NCBI GenBank assembly: GCA_002787155.1 | Contig: PCVY01000065.1 | Location: 1,286 to 65,285, forward strand | Source: Candidatus Abzuiibacterium crystallinum | Lineage (GTDB): Bacteria; Omnitrophota; Omnitrophia; Omnitrophales; Abzuiibacteriaceae | Direction: 5' to 3' | DNA: 64,000 bases | Shown here: positions 46,706 to 55,868 of the stretch, piece after piece | Layout of the letters: each line of letters begins with the position of its first letter | Position numbering within the stretch: the first letter of the stretch is position 1 | Program-made: the position numbers and the translations under genes | The notes under the pieces: generated by a model | Database searches by the model: none | Seen by the model: the letters and a program-made list of their open reading frames with translations, nothing else | Told to the model about the DNA's origin: nothing

Positions 46706-48166
46706 ATGAATTTTCCGATTTTGACTTGGTTGGTTTTTCTGCCTTTGCTTGGCATGTTGGCTGTTATGCTCACGCCTAAACAAAATGAAAAGCTGATCAA
46801 ACAAATTGCGACTGTTGTGAGCGCTTTGCTGTTTCTTTTGTCACTCAAGGTCTTGATGGCTTTCAACCTTCATGACGGCGGTATCCAACTGGCTGAGAAA
46901 GTCATGTGGATTCCTCAGTTAAACGTTCATTATTACTTGGGGATTGACGGCATCAGCTTGCCGATGGTGGTTTTAACGGCTCTTTTGTCACTTTTGGCTT
47001 GCGTGGCTAGTTATGGTATTAAAGACCGTGTGAAGGAATATTTTGCGCTTTATCTTTTGCTTGAAACAGGCATGCTGGGCACTTTTTTAGCGTTGGATTT
47101 ATTCCTTTTTTATGTTTTTTGGGAAGTGGTTTTGGTCCCGATGTATTTTTTAATCGGCATTTGGGGCGGTCCCCGGAAAGAATACGCCGCCATTAAGTTT
47201 TTTCTCTACACGTTGGCAGGTAGTTTATTCATGTTGTTGGGAATCTTGGCCATTTACTTTACCAGCACCCCGCAAACTTTCGACATGATTGCACTTCGCC
47301 AAAATAACTTCGCGGCTGGTTTTCAGCATATTGTTTTCTTGGCCCTTTTCTTAGGTTTTGCGATCAAAGTTCCGATTTGGCCGTTTCACACCTGGCTGCC
47401 TGATGCGCACGTCGAGGCTCCGACACCCATTAGCGTGATTCTGGCCGGTGTACTCTTGAAAATGGGTACTTATGGATTTTTCAGGATCAGTTATCCCATT
47501 TTACCCGAAGGCGCTCATTGGTTTGCCCCGTGGATGGGTATTTTAGCGGCCATCGGTATTATTTACGGCGGATTTGTGGCACTTGCTCAAACGGATTTCA
47601 AAAAACTCGTGGCTTATTCCAGCGTGAGTCATATGGGTTTTGTTTTGTTAGGTTTGGCTTCGTGCAGCGCCATGGGAATGAACGGTGCGCTTCTTCAAAT
47701 GTTCAGTCACGGCGTTTTGACGGGTGCCCTCTTTTTGCTGGTCGGCGCACTTTATGACCGGGCTCATACGCGTGATTTAAGCGCCTTCGGCGGTTTGGGT
47801 GCTGTTATGAAAGTTTACGCCGGTATTTTAATTTTTGTTTCGATGGGTTCGCTTGGCTTGCCCGGTTTAAGCGGTTTTGTGGCCGAATTTATGATTTTAC
47901 TCGGCACATTTAAGATTTATCCGGTCATCACCGGACTTTCCTGTATTGGTATTTTATTGGCGGCTTGCTATATGCTCTACACCGTTCAGCGTGTTTTGCT
48001 AGGCAAAGTGAACCCCAAGTGGGAAAAGCTGACAGACATGACCGGCCGGGAAATTTTTACGCTTGCACCGCTCATGATTGTGACGCTGGCAATCGGTGTT
48101 TACCCCATCTTGATTTTGAAATTCATGACACCCGCTATCACAGCCTTGGTAGGACTTTTGTCATAA
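46706..48166 (+). CDS. nuoM: NADH-quinone oxidoreductase subunit M
   Basis: Start refined to MNFPILTWL…. Antiporter-like subunit. Confidence 0.9.
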   Translation: MNFPILTWLVFLPLLGMLAVMLTPKQNEKLIKQIATVVSALLFLLSLKVLMAFNLHDGGIQLAEKVMWIPQLNVHYYLGIDGISLPMVVLTALLSLLACVASYGIKDRVKEYFALYLLLETGMLGTFLALDLFLFYVFWEVVLVPMYFLIGIWGGPRKEYAAIKFFLYTLAGSLFMLLGILAIYFTSTPQTFDMIALRQNNFAAGFQHIVFLALFLGFAIKVPIWPFHTWLPDAHVEAPTPISVILAGVLLKMGTYGFFRISYPILPEGAHWFAPWMGILAAIGIIYGGFVALAQTDFKKLVAYSSVSHMGFVLLGLASCSAMGMNGALLQMFSHGVLTGALFLLVGALYDRAHTRDLSAFGGLGAVMKVYAGILIFVSMGSLGLPGLSGFVAEFMILLGTFKIYPVITGLSCIGILLAACYMLYTVQRVLLGKVNPKWEKLTDMTGREIFTLAPLMIVTLAIGVYPILILKFMTPAITALVGLLS

Positions 48167-48167
48167 C

Positions 48168-49607
48168 ATGGACCCAATTGCAAGTTTAGCCTACTTTAAA
48201 CCGGAACTGATTCTCATTGCCGCAGTTTTTGTCATTCTAACCCTGGACCTCGCCGGATTGTCGAAACCGTGGCTGGGCTATTTGTCGATTGCCGCTTTAA
48301 TCGGCTCGGTCGCTTCTCTTTCCGGTAATTTATTTGATACGCACTGGCTCTTTTTTAACTTGATGATTTATGACGGCTTTAGCGTTTTAATACAAATCTT
48401 GGTTTTATTCATGGTAGGACTACCCATCCTAGCAACCATTGGGTCAACGCTGATTCACGAGAGACAAAAGGGTGAGTTTTACGTCATGATGTTAGCGCTT
48501 GCCCTTTTATTGATCATTATGGGCTCCACTACGCATCTTTTGATGATTTTCTTGGCGACGGAGGCTGTTTCCCTTTCCTCTTATTTATTGGTAGGCTCGC
48601 AAAAATTTAATAAAAAAGCGAGTGAAGCCTCTCTCAAATATTTGCTTTACGGCGCTGTGGCGACAGCCGTACTCGTTTTCGGCATGTCGCTGCTTTACGG
48701 CCTTTCAGGCACACTGGCACTGACCGAAATGCCGATTCGCTTAGCCAAATTAGGTCCTCAAGCGCAAGGGGCCGTTTTAACCGCCATGGTTTTAATGTTG
48801 GTGGGATTTGGTTTTAAAATCTCAATGGCACCTTTTCACATGTGGGCGCCGGATGTTTATGAGGGCGCACCAACACCGGTGGCAGGGTTTTTAACGGTGG
48901 CACCCAAAGCATTAGGGTTTTTGGTTTTATTCCGTGTCCTCACGATTGCTTTCCCCGTTCAATACCATGAATGGAGTGCTCTGCTCGTGATTTTATCAAT
49001 GCTGACCATGACCATCGGTAATGTTTTCGCCGTTTCACAAAACAACGTGAAGCGGATTTTGGCTTATTCAAGTGTGGCACAAGCCGGATATATTTTAATG
49101 GGTTTAGCCGCTTCCAGTGAAGTGGGTGTGTACGCTGTGTTTATTTATTTAATTACTTATCTATTTACGAATTTAGGCGCCTTCTTAGTAGTCGGTATTG
49201 TAGAGCAAAGCGAAGGAAGTAACTTGCTGGAAGCTTACCAAGGTTTGTCAAAACGAAATCCTTTCCTAGCCATGACATTAACGATTTTTTTATTGTCTCT
49301 TGCCGGCATTCCGCCGCTTGCCGGATTTATCGCTAAATGGTTTGTCTTCGCCAGCGCCATTCACATTGGCTTTATCTCATTAGCAGTCGTAGCTGCTGTG
49401 AATAGCGCCATTGCCGGTTTTTACTACTTTAAAATTGTGAAAGCGATGTACTTGAGCCCCGGAGACAAAGAAAGTCCTATCCGGAAAAATCACTTGGCAT
49501 TTACAGCTGTTTTGATTGCGCTTGCTGGCACCATATTAATTGGTATCCTGCCGTCTCCTGTGATTGTATTCGTTCAGCATGCTTTTATGAGTTTTCGAAC
49601 ACTTTAA
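48168..49607 (+). CDS. nuoN: NADH-quinone oxidoreductase subunit N
   Basis: 479 aa antiporter-like subunit, last gene of the operon. Confidence 0.9.
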   Translation: MDPIASLAYFKPELILIAAVFVILTLDLAGLSKPWLGYLSIAALIGSVASLSGNLFDTHWLFFNLMIYDGFSVLIQILVLFMVGLPILATIGSTLIHERQKGEFYVMMLALALLLIIMGSTTHLLMIFLATEAVSLSSYLLVGSQKFNKKASEASLKYLLYGAVATAVLVFGMSLLYGLSGTLALTEMPIRLAKLGPQAQGAVLTAMVLMLVGFGFKISMAPFHMWAPDVYEGAPTPVAGFLTVAPKALGFLVLFRVLTIAFPVQYHEWSALLVILSMLTMTIGNVFAVSQNNVKRILAYSSVAQAGYILMGLAASSEVGVYAVFIYLITYLFTNLGAFLVVGIVEQSEGSNLLEAYQGLSKRNPFLAMTLTIFLLSLAGIPPLAGFIAKWFVFASAIHIGFISLAVVAAVNSAIAGFYYFKIVKAMYLSPGDKESPIRKNHLAFTAVLIALAGTILIGILPSPVIVFVQHAFMSFRTL

Positions 49608-49862
49608 GTACAGTGTTCAGTGACCGGTGGCCAGTGATCAGAAATACTTTCAGATAATAATAAACGGTAAATCGGCTCTGATTTAAAAACAATATTAAAA
49701 TTAAGCGTTGGCGCGGCTGATCATTAACCACTGAGTACTGACCGCTGATTTGCTTTGACTTTCTTTATGTGTTAATTTACTAATAGTGCACAAGAGCACC
49801 GGACGCAAAAATTCTGGGCTCAGACCCCGCGTCAATTGCGGCTTCTGCGCTACACCAATACC

Positions 49863-50360
49863 ATGAATACAAAAAAAGGTTTTACACTTGTTGAACTTCT
49901 AATGGTGATTGCCATCATTGGTATCCTTGGTGCCATGATTTTACCGCGTCTTTTTGGCCCCACAGAACAAGGCCGCTCAACCGAAGCGCGCAATATGTTA
50001 GGGGCTATCCGTGAATTGGAAGAAGCCTATTTTCACGGGCCGGATGGCAGTTATTTAGCGTTGGATGCTGATGGTAATACTAATAATTTTTGTGATCAAG
50101 GTGAGGGTAACAGTTGGGATGTGCTCGGAATGGTTGACCCTAACGGCAATAGTGTTTATTTTGGTTATTGTGTAAGCGTCCCGAGTGCCGGTGAATTTTT
50201 AATCATCGCAACTCGAACTGGAACTGCCGACACACAAAATCAAGCGGGGACTATTATGTGTTTAAACCAAGCCGGTGAGTGGAGCGGCGATTATGTTCAT
50301 ATTCCGTTCAATCCGGACAATAATGCATGCTCGATAGGGCCGTGTTGCGGAGGTGGCTGA
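49863..50360 (+). CDS. Prepilin-type (type IV pilin-like) protein ending in CCGGG
   Basis: Start refined to MNTKKG|FTLVELLMVIAIIGILGAMILP. The C-terminus is Cys-containing (…CSIGPCCGGG). Confidence 0.75.
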   Translation: MNTKKGFTLVELLMVIAIIGILGAMILPRLFGPTEQGRSTEARNMLGAIRELEEAYFHGPDGSYLALDADGNTNNFCDQGEGNSWDVLGMVDPNGNSVYFGYCVSVPSAGEFLIIATRTGTADTQNQAGTIMCLNQAGEWSGDYVHIPFNPDNNACSIGPCCGGG

Positions 50361-50839
50361 TGAAAAACCTAATAAGCGCCAATCAAAAAGGTTTTACATT
50401 AGTAGAGCTTTTAATCACCATTGCCATTGTCGGCATTTTGGCTGCAATTATCGTTCCGAGATTTTTGCAGGGTGAAGCAGCGCGCGCTTCTGAGGCGCTT
50501 TCACAATTAGCGGCTATCCGTTTGGGTGAAGAAGATTACCGCACCAACAACGGCATTTATTGCGGAACGGATGACGCTTGTTGGACAGATTGGTCAACCA
50601 TTACCATGGATAATCCCGGCTCGTCTCCTGAACGTTTCTTTGATTACGATGTGACAACAAATGATGTCGATTCTTTTTGTATTGTTGCCACGAGGGGTGA
50701 CTTCAACCCTTCAGGCAATGCCTTTGCCGGAACAACCATCTGTATGGATAATTTTGGCTCTTATTTTGGTGATCATCCCAAAGGCCCGGGTTTTGGCCAT
50801 AGCCCTGGCTCAGGCACCGGATGCGAAGGGGTTTGTTGA
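50360..50839 (+). CDS. Prepilin-type (type IV pilin-like) protein
   Basis: Start refined to MKNLISANQKG|FTLVELLITIAIVGILAAIIVP, overlapping the previous stop. C-terminal Cys residues. Confidence 0.75.
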   Translation: MKNLISANQKGFTLVELLITIAIVGILAAIIVPRFLQGEAARASEALSQLAAIRLGEEDYRTNNGIYCGTDDACWTDWSTITMDNPGSSPERFFDYDVTTNDVDSFCIVATRGDFNPSGNAFAGTTICMDNFGSYFGDHPKGPGFGHSPGSGTGCEGVC

Positions 50840-51057
50840 TCCAAATTATCACATCTCACCTTTCATTTCCTTTTTAATCCCTCTTATTTCAATTTGACTT
50901 TCTTTAGCGTTAAATTAAGTCTTTTGCGTTTAACTCCCCCAATTGCTTTTACCCCCTCACATCGCTAAACTTTAAATGAGCCGAAAATAAGATTCAAATT
51001 AAGACTTGTGAGAACAGTTTAAAAAATGGAAAATACACAAGGAGCGTGTCACAGTAA

Positions 51058-51597
51058 ATGGTGAAACATTTGAAATGCTTTTCAAATCACAAAAGTGGTT
51101 TTTCATTGATTGAGGTCCTAGCCGCCAGCGTTATTTTGCTTTTAGTGGCCGGCGCGGTTTCTCAACTCAGTGCATACCCAAAAAGCAAAGTGATTGATCT
51201 TGAAAAACGCCTAGCTGTCATCGGAAAACTGGATGACGCTTTGGCCGCTTTCTCACAAAATCCTCCTTTTGCACTGGGGACGCAAACTTCTTGCAGCGCC
51301 AGTGGTGCTTGCGATGCAACGGTTTGCACGCATGATAATACAAACGCTTGCGAGGCGTTTACTCAAGGCGGTATTTGCGCCAATGCCATCGAGAATTCTG
51401 ATTTAACCGCGATTGTTCAGGCTTACCCAACGGCTTGCTATGTGGCAATTATTTTAGATCCGACCATTGATGACAATGTCAATAGTCCTGATCAACCTAG
51501 TTTTAGAAATACGCAAGTGGGCGCCCTGGCGGAATGGATGAGCTCACAAAATCAAAAAACGCACGAGGCTTTGACAACCTATGTTTTCGCGACATAA
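51058..51597 (+). CDS. Minor pseudopilin (GspH/FimT/PilV-like prepilin)
   Basis: …HKSG|FSLIEVLAASVILLLVAGAV… prepilin leader, then a Cys-containing soluble domain. Confidence 0.7.
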   Translation: MVKHLKCFSNHKSGFSLIEVLAASVILLLVAGAVSQLSAYPKSKVIDLEKRLAVIGKLDDALAAFSQNPPFALGTQTSCSASGACDATVCTHDNTNACEAFTQGGICANAIENSDLTAIVQAYPTACYVAIILDPTIDDNVNSPDQPSFRNTQVGALAEWMSSQNQKTHEALTTYVFAT

Positions 51598-52183
51598 ACA
51601 AAATCAAAAAGCTGTTCGGGGGCTGACGCTGGTGGAACTGATTGTTGCCATCACACTGGTGCCTATTTTGATTTATGCTGCCTCTATCATGTATTTAAAT
51701 GTCTCAAAAACCATGGAGACAACCGCTGTCCGCGGAGACGCACTCACGGAACACACGCTAGTCAAAAGCACGTTGGAACGCATGATCCCTAACGCGCAAA
51801 CGGCGGATGTGGATACAAGCGCTTATTGCACCGAGCAGTGCGGTGATGGCGGCGGCAATTGTGAATGGTGTTACGGTTTAACACTCAATTTACCTGACAA
51901 CAGCACCCAAATTCTGGGAATCCGTACAGACATCGGTGCATCATCCGCTGTTTTAGAGTTTAAAAACGAAGGCGACGTCCATTACACGCAAGTCTCTTAC
52001 ATGGGCACCATTACTTGCGGCACACCCGGTAGTTGCGATGCATTAGAAGGCAGCGCGCGTCCTTTTGATTGGGATGAAAACAATGAGGAAGTTTCATATA
52101 ATCTTGCATTTGATACGGGCGATGGAACTCGTTTTATGCATTCAGCCGGACACATTCGGTTGGAAGGCGGTACGGGCGTATGA
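51581..52183 (+). CDS. Minor pseudopilin (PilW-like prepilin)
   Basis: …AVRG|LTLVELIVAITLVPILIYAA… prepilin leader. The coding region overlaps both neighbours. Confidence 0.65.
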   Translation: MFSRHKQNQKAVRGLTLVELIVAITLVPILIYAASIMYLNVSKTMETTAVRGDALTEHTLVKSTLERMIPNAQTADVDTSAYCTEQCGDGGGNCEWCYGLTLNLPDNSTQILGIRTDIGASSAVLEFKNEGDVHYTQVSYMGTITCGTPGSCDALEGSARPFDWDENNEEVSYNLAFDTGDGTRFMHSAGHIRLEGGTGV

Positions 52184-55100
52184 GTACTCTAAAACGTCAA
52201 AAAAATAACAGCGGTTATGTGACCTTGGCACTCACCTTCCTGATTGCCATAGCGGTGCCTCTTTTCTATATCGGCGTTTACTATGACATTTCCAACCAAA
52301 ACAAAGTGGTGTCACGCGACAAACAGGATAAAATTTTGAAATGGTCTACGCGCGCCATGTTAGCCAGAACGCAATACGAATTTCAGAAACAAGTCGCGGA
52401 ATTTAGTCTGGAAGACTCGCGTTTCAATCTAGGCTTGGTAGAAGAAATTAACACTCCCGTCTTTAATTGGTTTGATCAAGGAGCGCCTTTTAAAGCAAAC
52501 TATGCTGCTTTCATTCAAGGAACGGAATTAAGCGACTTTGCGGTAAAAAATGTGACGCCTGTTCCGGGCTGCCTCGATTGCGGCGTGACGGTTAATGATA
52601 TCGACCGTTTATTAGGAACAGCGGAAATCAATATTACAATTCAAACACAGTTAGAAGACGTCAATCTAATCGACGCCACAAGGCGGATGACGCAGCATTT
52701 GAGTTTAGCCGTTTCTAACTTAGCGGATTTTGCTATCTTCACGAATAAAGACTTCGTCACCAACCCCGGACCTGACACAGTATACGATGGTCCCATTTAC
52801 GTCGGTGAAAATGCTTATTTAACGCCCAGTAAAGACCACAAAATTACCTTGCGTTTTGACGGCACAGATGCCTACGATGACGGAAAAGTTTACAACCTTA
52901 AAGCCAGCGGACACCTTTCTTGGTTTGGTCCGCGAGGTCTTGGCTGCGACCCTAAGGACAACAATTGCGTGAGCGATGAGAATCAGTTATTTGAAAGCGG
53001 TCTTTATGAAGTTGATGTTTTTGGCAAACCGGTCATGTACCACTTTATCAGCAACATTGACTATGGCGATGTGGGTGAATCTACTTTGGAAGCGATGGAT
53101 AACTCGCCTGAAAATTTTGACAGTGATCTCAATAATGATCAATATATCAAATTACTTGGAAGCAGTCCGCTGAGGCCGCCTGTTAGTTTCTTTACAGGGC
53201 GGGATCAGTCAGATGGCATGTGGCCCAGCACAACCGTTCATACGCTGACAGCAGATCTTAATTCCGGTGGTGCCGTATTTAACAGCTCAACAGCATATGA
53301 TGGGACCAATCCCGTGAATTACTATGAGAACCCTGATTGGGACGGATTTCGTGCGACACACTTTGACCGTCTGAATGGATTTTCATTAATAAAAGACGGC
53401 GCACCGGCACAACAATTGCTTTTGGGCGGCGTGGATGATCCTCATGTCTTAATTGAGTCGGCAGGCTCTGGTGACAATGGTTTTGTTAAAAGTGTTAAAT
53501 TGCAATGGCTGGGGCGGGAACCGCAACCCAATATTTCGGGTTTATCCATTGACTTCAAACAACTATTTTGTCAACAACCTGATCTGATTGGGTCTTCTTT
53601 TCCCCATAATTGTACCGTCGGTGAAAACTATGAAGATCCTCTATTGTGGGAAGGCCGTTATTTTTATTATGACAGCGGTACTTTTGGATCCGCCAATAAC
53701 GAAAACGGTTTCATTAGAATTTTAAAACCGCCATTCAGTCTTTACTGGAGTTTTTTGATGCCCTCCGAAGACTCCGCCACTTATATTGATAACAGACGAA
53801 AACCAAGCACCGGCACTACCGCATTGGCTATTATTGAAATAGACGTGGCAAAACTAAAAAATTTAATTGAAAACGGACTTGTCACGGAAGGCGCGTTAGG
53901 TCCTAACGGTGACACCTACGAGAAATATAACGATTTGGGGCTGGCAAACCGGTTTGGAGATCCTGATAAGCCATTCATTCTATACATTGGCCTAACCCCG
54001 CCTCTGAACACAACAAACCGGGATCCTTGGTGGACACCTCTTAATGGTCATGGTGCCACCCATACATTTGATCCTTTCCGCGCAGTCGTAAGATTGGTTC
54101 ATGCAGACCAACTGCCTGATGCAGGTTTGACGATTGCGACAAACGGACCGGTTCAAATTGTCGGTGACTATAACACAGAAGCACCTCAGGAGGGCACCCC
54201 GCCTGAAGCATGTACCATGAAACCTGCAGCGGTCATGGCGGACCAGATTATGGTGCTCTCTAACAGTTGGCAGGATTACACAGGAACGCCCGACGATCCT
54301 TATATTGACCCGAGTGACGGCATTCAATATCCGGCACCCAGAGATGATTTGAACAACCTGTTCTCCAAAGACGATTACAGAGCCCATCCCGTCCGTTCTC
54401 AATGTACCGAACAAGAAGAAGAAAACGGCAGCTGCTTTGATGACACAGCGGAGATAAATGCCATGTTAATCGGCGGCGATATCCCCAACCAATTGGTAGC
54501 CGTTACTGCTTCTGAGATTGAAGGCGGGAACCTGGACCGGTATGGTTTGTTTTATGATGGTAATTTAACGGGTGTGAATGGTGACGAAAAATTAAGACCG
54601 CATAACAACCCGAGCGCATCTGATGACCAGCATACCTACGTCAAAGGCACCCAAGTCAGAGATCAAAATCAAATTGATGACACCGCTTATCTGAATATAC
54701 CGGTCATACTTATCACAGGTTATGATGCTAACGATAACCCTATTTATAGCAACGCCGGAACGGTCGGGCAAGTGTTTGGAACAGCCAATAATGACGGAAA
54801 GTGTGCGGATTGCTGGCGAGATGGCGTGACGATTCCTGATATTCCGATGTACCTTACAATGGATCGTGACGGTACTTACACTTATTTGAATACGGGCAAT
54901 ATGAACACTTCGCATTTGAAACCATCCGACATGATTCAGACTGATCCAACCAGCAATACGGCTAAATGGGCAGTGAAACCGGGTTCCCGTTTTGCTGCTA
55001 TTGTGAATGACGGAAAAAATTCGAACGAACGCTTTTTATTTCCGAACACAGCCGCCAAATGCTGCAAATTAAACAGCCCTGAAGGTTGCTGTGATGTCGC

Positions 55101-55866
55101 TCAACAAGGCTGCAACGGCCCGCCCTGCGATGCTTGCCCGGGTCAAAACTATGTGGTTTGTAACGACTGCTCAGGTTTTAACAATGGTCAAAATATTTGC
55201 AATACGGATCCTAACGGCCAAGGTAAATGTTCCAACAACATGGAATGCTGGGATTGTCCATATTATCAGTGCGGCGGTGAAGGCGGCTGTTCTACTGAAA
55301 CTTATTGCGGGCCTGAGGCTGATACCGTTTGTTGGTCGGACACATGTCCGGCAGAATTAGGATGCGGGCGAGATGCGTATCAATGCGGCACTGCCGGCGA
55401 ATTTCCGCCTGAAATCAAAGTGGTTTATTCACCGGGCGGTAAACCAAGGTTTACTTACCGCCAAAACGGCCAAAATCCGCAAAATGGAACCATTAAACGA
55501 AAGGGGCTCTATGTTCCTCATTGGGAACCAAAATACAGCGGTGGAATTGAAAACTATGTCCGCTTAGGAGAAGATTGGCGGCATTGGGATTGCAACTGCA
55601 CCGGCAATAGCTGTTCATCTTGTACGCCGACGACTACCAATAATGAAATGAAAATTACCGGAACATTAGATATTTTATGGCCGTCTCAAAGTTTAGTGAA
55701 AGGGAACGGACCGGATGCCCCGAAAGCTTTTTGGGTCAGCACCACTTATACAGCGCCGGACAGAACCGTCAGATATGCCCGGGATTTGCGCGAGAATGAA
55801 GTCTGTCCGCCGGCCGGTCTTCCCATGTCTGTTCAGTTGACACTGAAAGGGTTTAAGCAGGAATAA
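52180..55866 (+). CDS. Giant (1228 aa) PilX_N-anchored putative pilus-tip adhesin with Cys-rich C-terminal module
   Basis: The N-terminus KRQKNNSGYVTLALTFLIAIAVPLFYIGV is PilX-N-terminal-like (single TM, no prepilin cleavage motif). A large extracellular body follows. The last ~200 aa contain over 40 Cys (CCKLNSPEGCCDVAQQGCNGPPCDACPGQNYVVCNDCSG…). Translationally coupled to the pseudopilin genes. Confidence 0.6.
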   Translation: MSTLKRQKNNSGYVTLALTFLIAIAVPLFYIGVYYDISNQNKVVSRDKQDKILKWSTRAMLARTQYEFQKQVAEFSLEDSRFNLGLVEEINTPVFNWFDQGAPFKANYAAFIQGTELSDFAVKNVTPVPGCLDCGVTVNDIDRLLGTAEINITIQTQLEDVNLIDATRRMTQHLSLAVSNLADFAIFTNKDFVTNPGPDTVYDGPIYVGENAYLTPSKDHKITLRFDGTDAYDDGKVYNLKASGHLSWFGPRGLGCDPKDNNCVSDENQLFESGLYEVDVFGKPVMYHFISNIDYGDVGESTLEAMDNSPENFDSDLNNDQYIKLLGSSPLRPPVSFFTGRDQSDGMWPSTTVHTLTADLNSGGAVFNSSTAYDGTNPVNYYENPDWDGFRATHFDRLNGFSLIKDGAPAQQLLLGGVDDPHVLIESAGSGDNGFVKSVKLQWLGREPQPNISGLSIDFKQLFCQQPDLIGSSFPHNCTVGENYEDPLLWEGRYFYYDSGTFGSANNENGFIRILKPPFSLYWSFLMPSEDSATYIDNRRKPSTGTTALAIIEIDVAKLKNLIENGLVTEGALGPNGDTYEKYNDLGLANRFGDPDKPFILYIGLTPPLNTTNRDPWWTPLNGHGATHTFDPFRAVVRLVHADQLPDAGLTIATNGPVQIVGDYNTEAPQEGTPPEACTMKPAAVMADQIMVLSNSWQDYTGTPDDPYIDPSDGIQYPAPRDDLNNLFSKDDYRAHPVRSQCTEQEEENGSCFDDTAEINAMLIGGDIPNQLVAVTASEIEGGNLDRYGLFYDGNLTGVNGDEKLRPHNNPSASDDQHTYVKGTQVRDQNQIDDTAYLNIPVILITGYDANDNPIYSNAGTVGQVFGTANNDGKCADCWRDGVTIPDIPMYLTMDRDGTYTYLNTGNMNTSHLKPSDMIQTDPTSNTAKWAVKPGSRFAAIVNDGKNSNERFLFPNTAAKCCKLNSPEGCCDVAQQGCNGPPCDACPGQNYVVCNDCSGFNNGQNICNTDPNGQGKCSNNMECWDCPYYQCGGEGGCSTETYCGPEADTVCWSDTCPAELGCGRDAYQCGTAGEFPPEIKVVYSPGGKPRFTYRQNGQNPQNGTIKRKGLYVPHWEPKYSGGIENYVRLGEDWRHWDCNCTGNSCSSCTPTTTNNEMKITGTLDILWPSQSLVKGNGPDAPKAFWVSTTYTAPDRTVRYARDLRENEVCPPAGLPMSVQLTLKGFKQE

Positions 55867-55868
55867 AC

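Noticed and set aside
49608-49835. Repeated CAGTGA/CCAGTGATCAG and GCTGATCATTAACCACTGAGTACTGACCGCTGAT segments after nuoN
   Set aside because: Only loosely self-complementary, with no clean stem and a T-run terminator. They are likely low-complexity operon-end sequence. A degenerate REP (TGGGCTCAGACCCC) at the 3' end is recorded under the REP finding.
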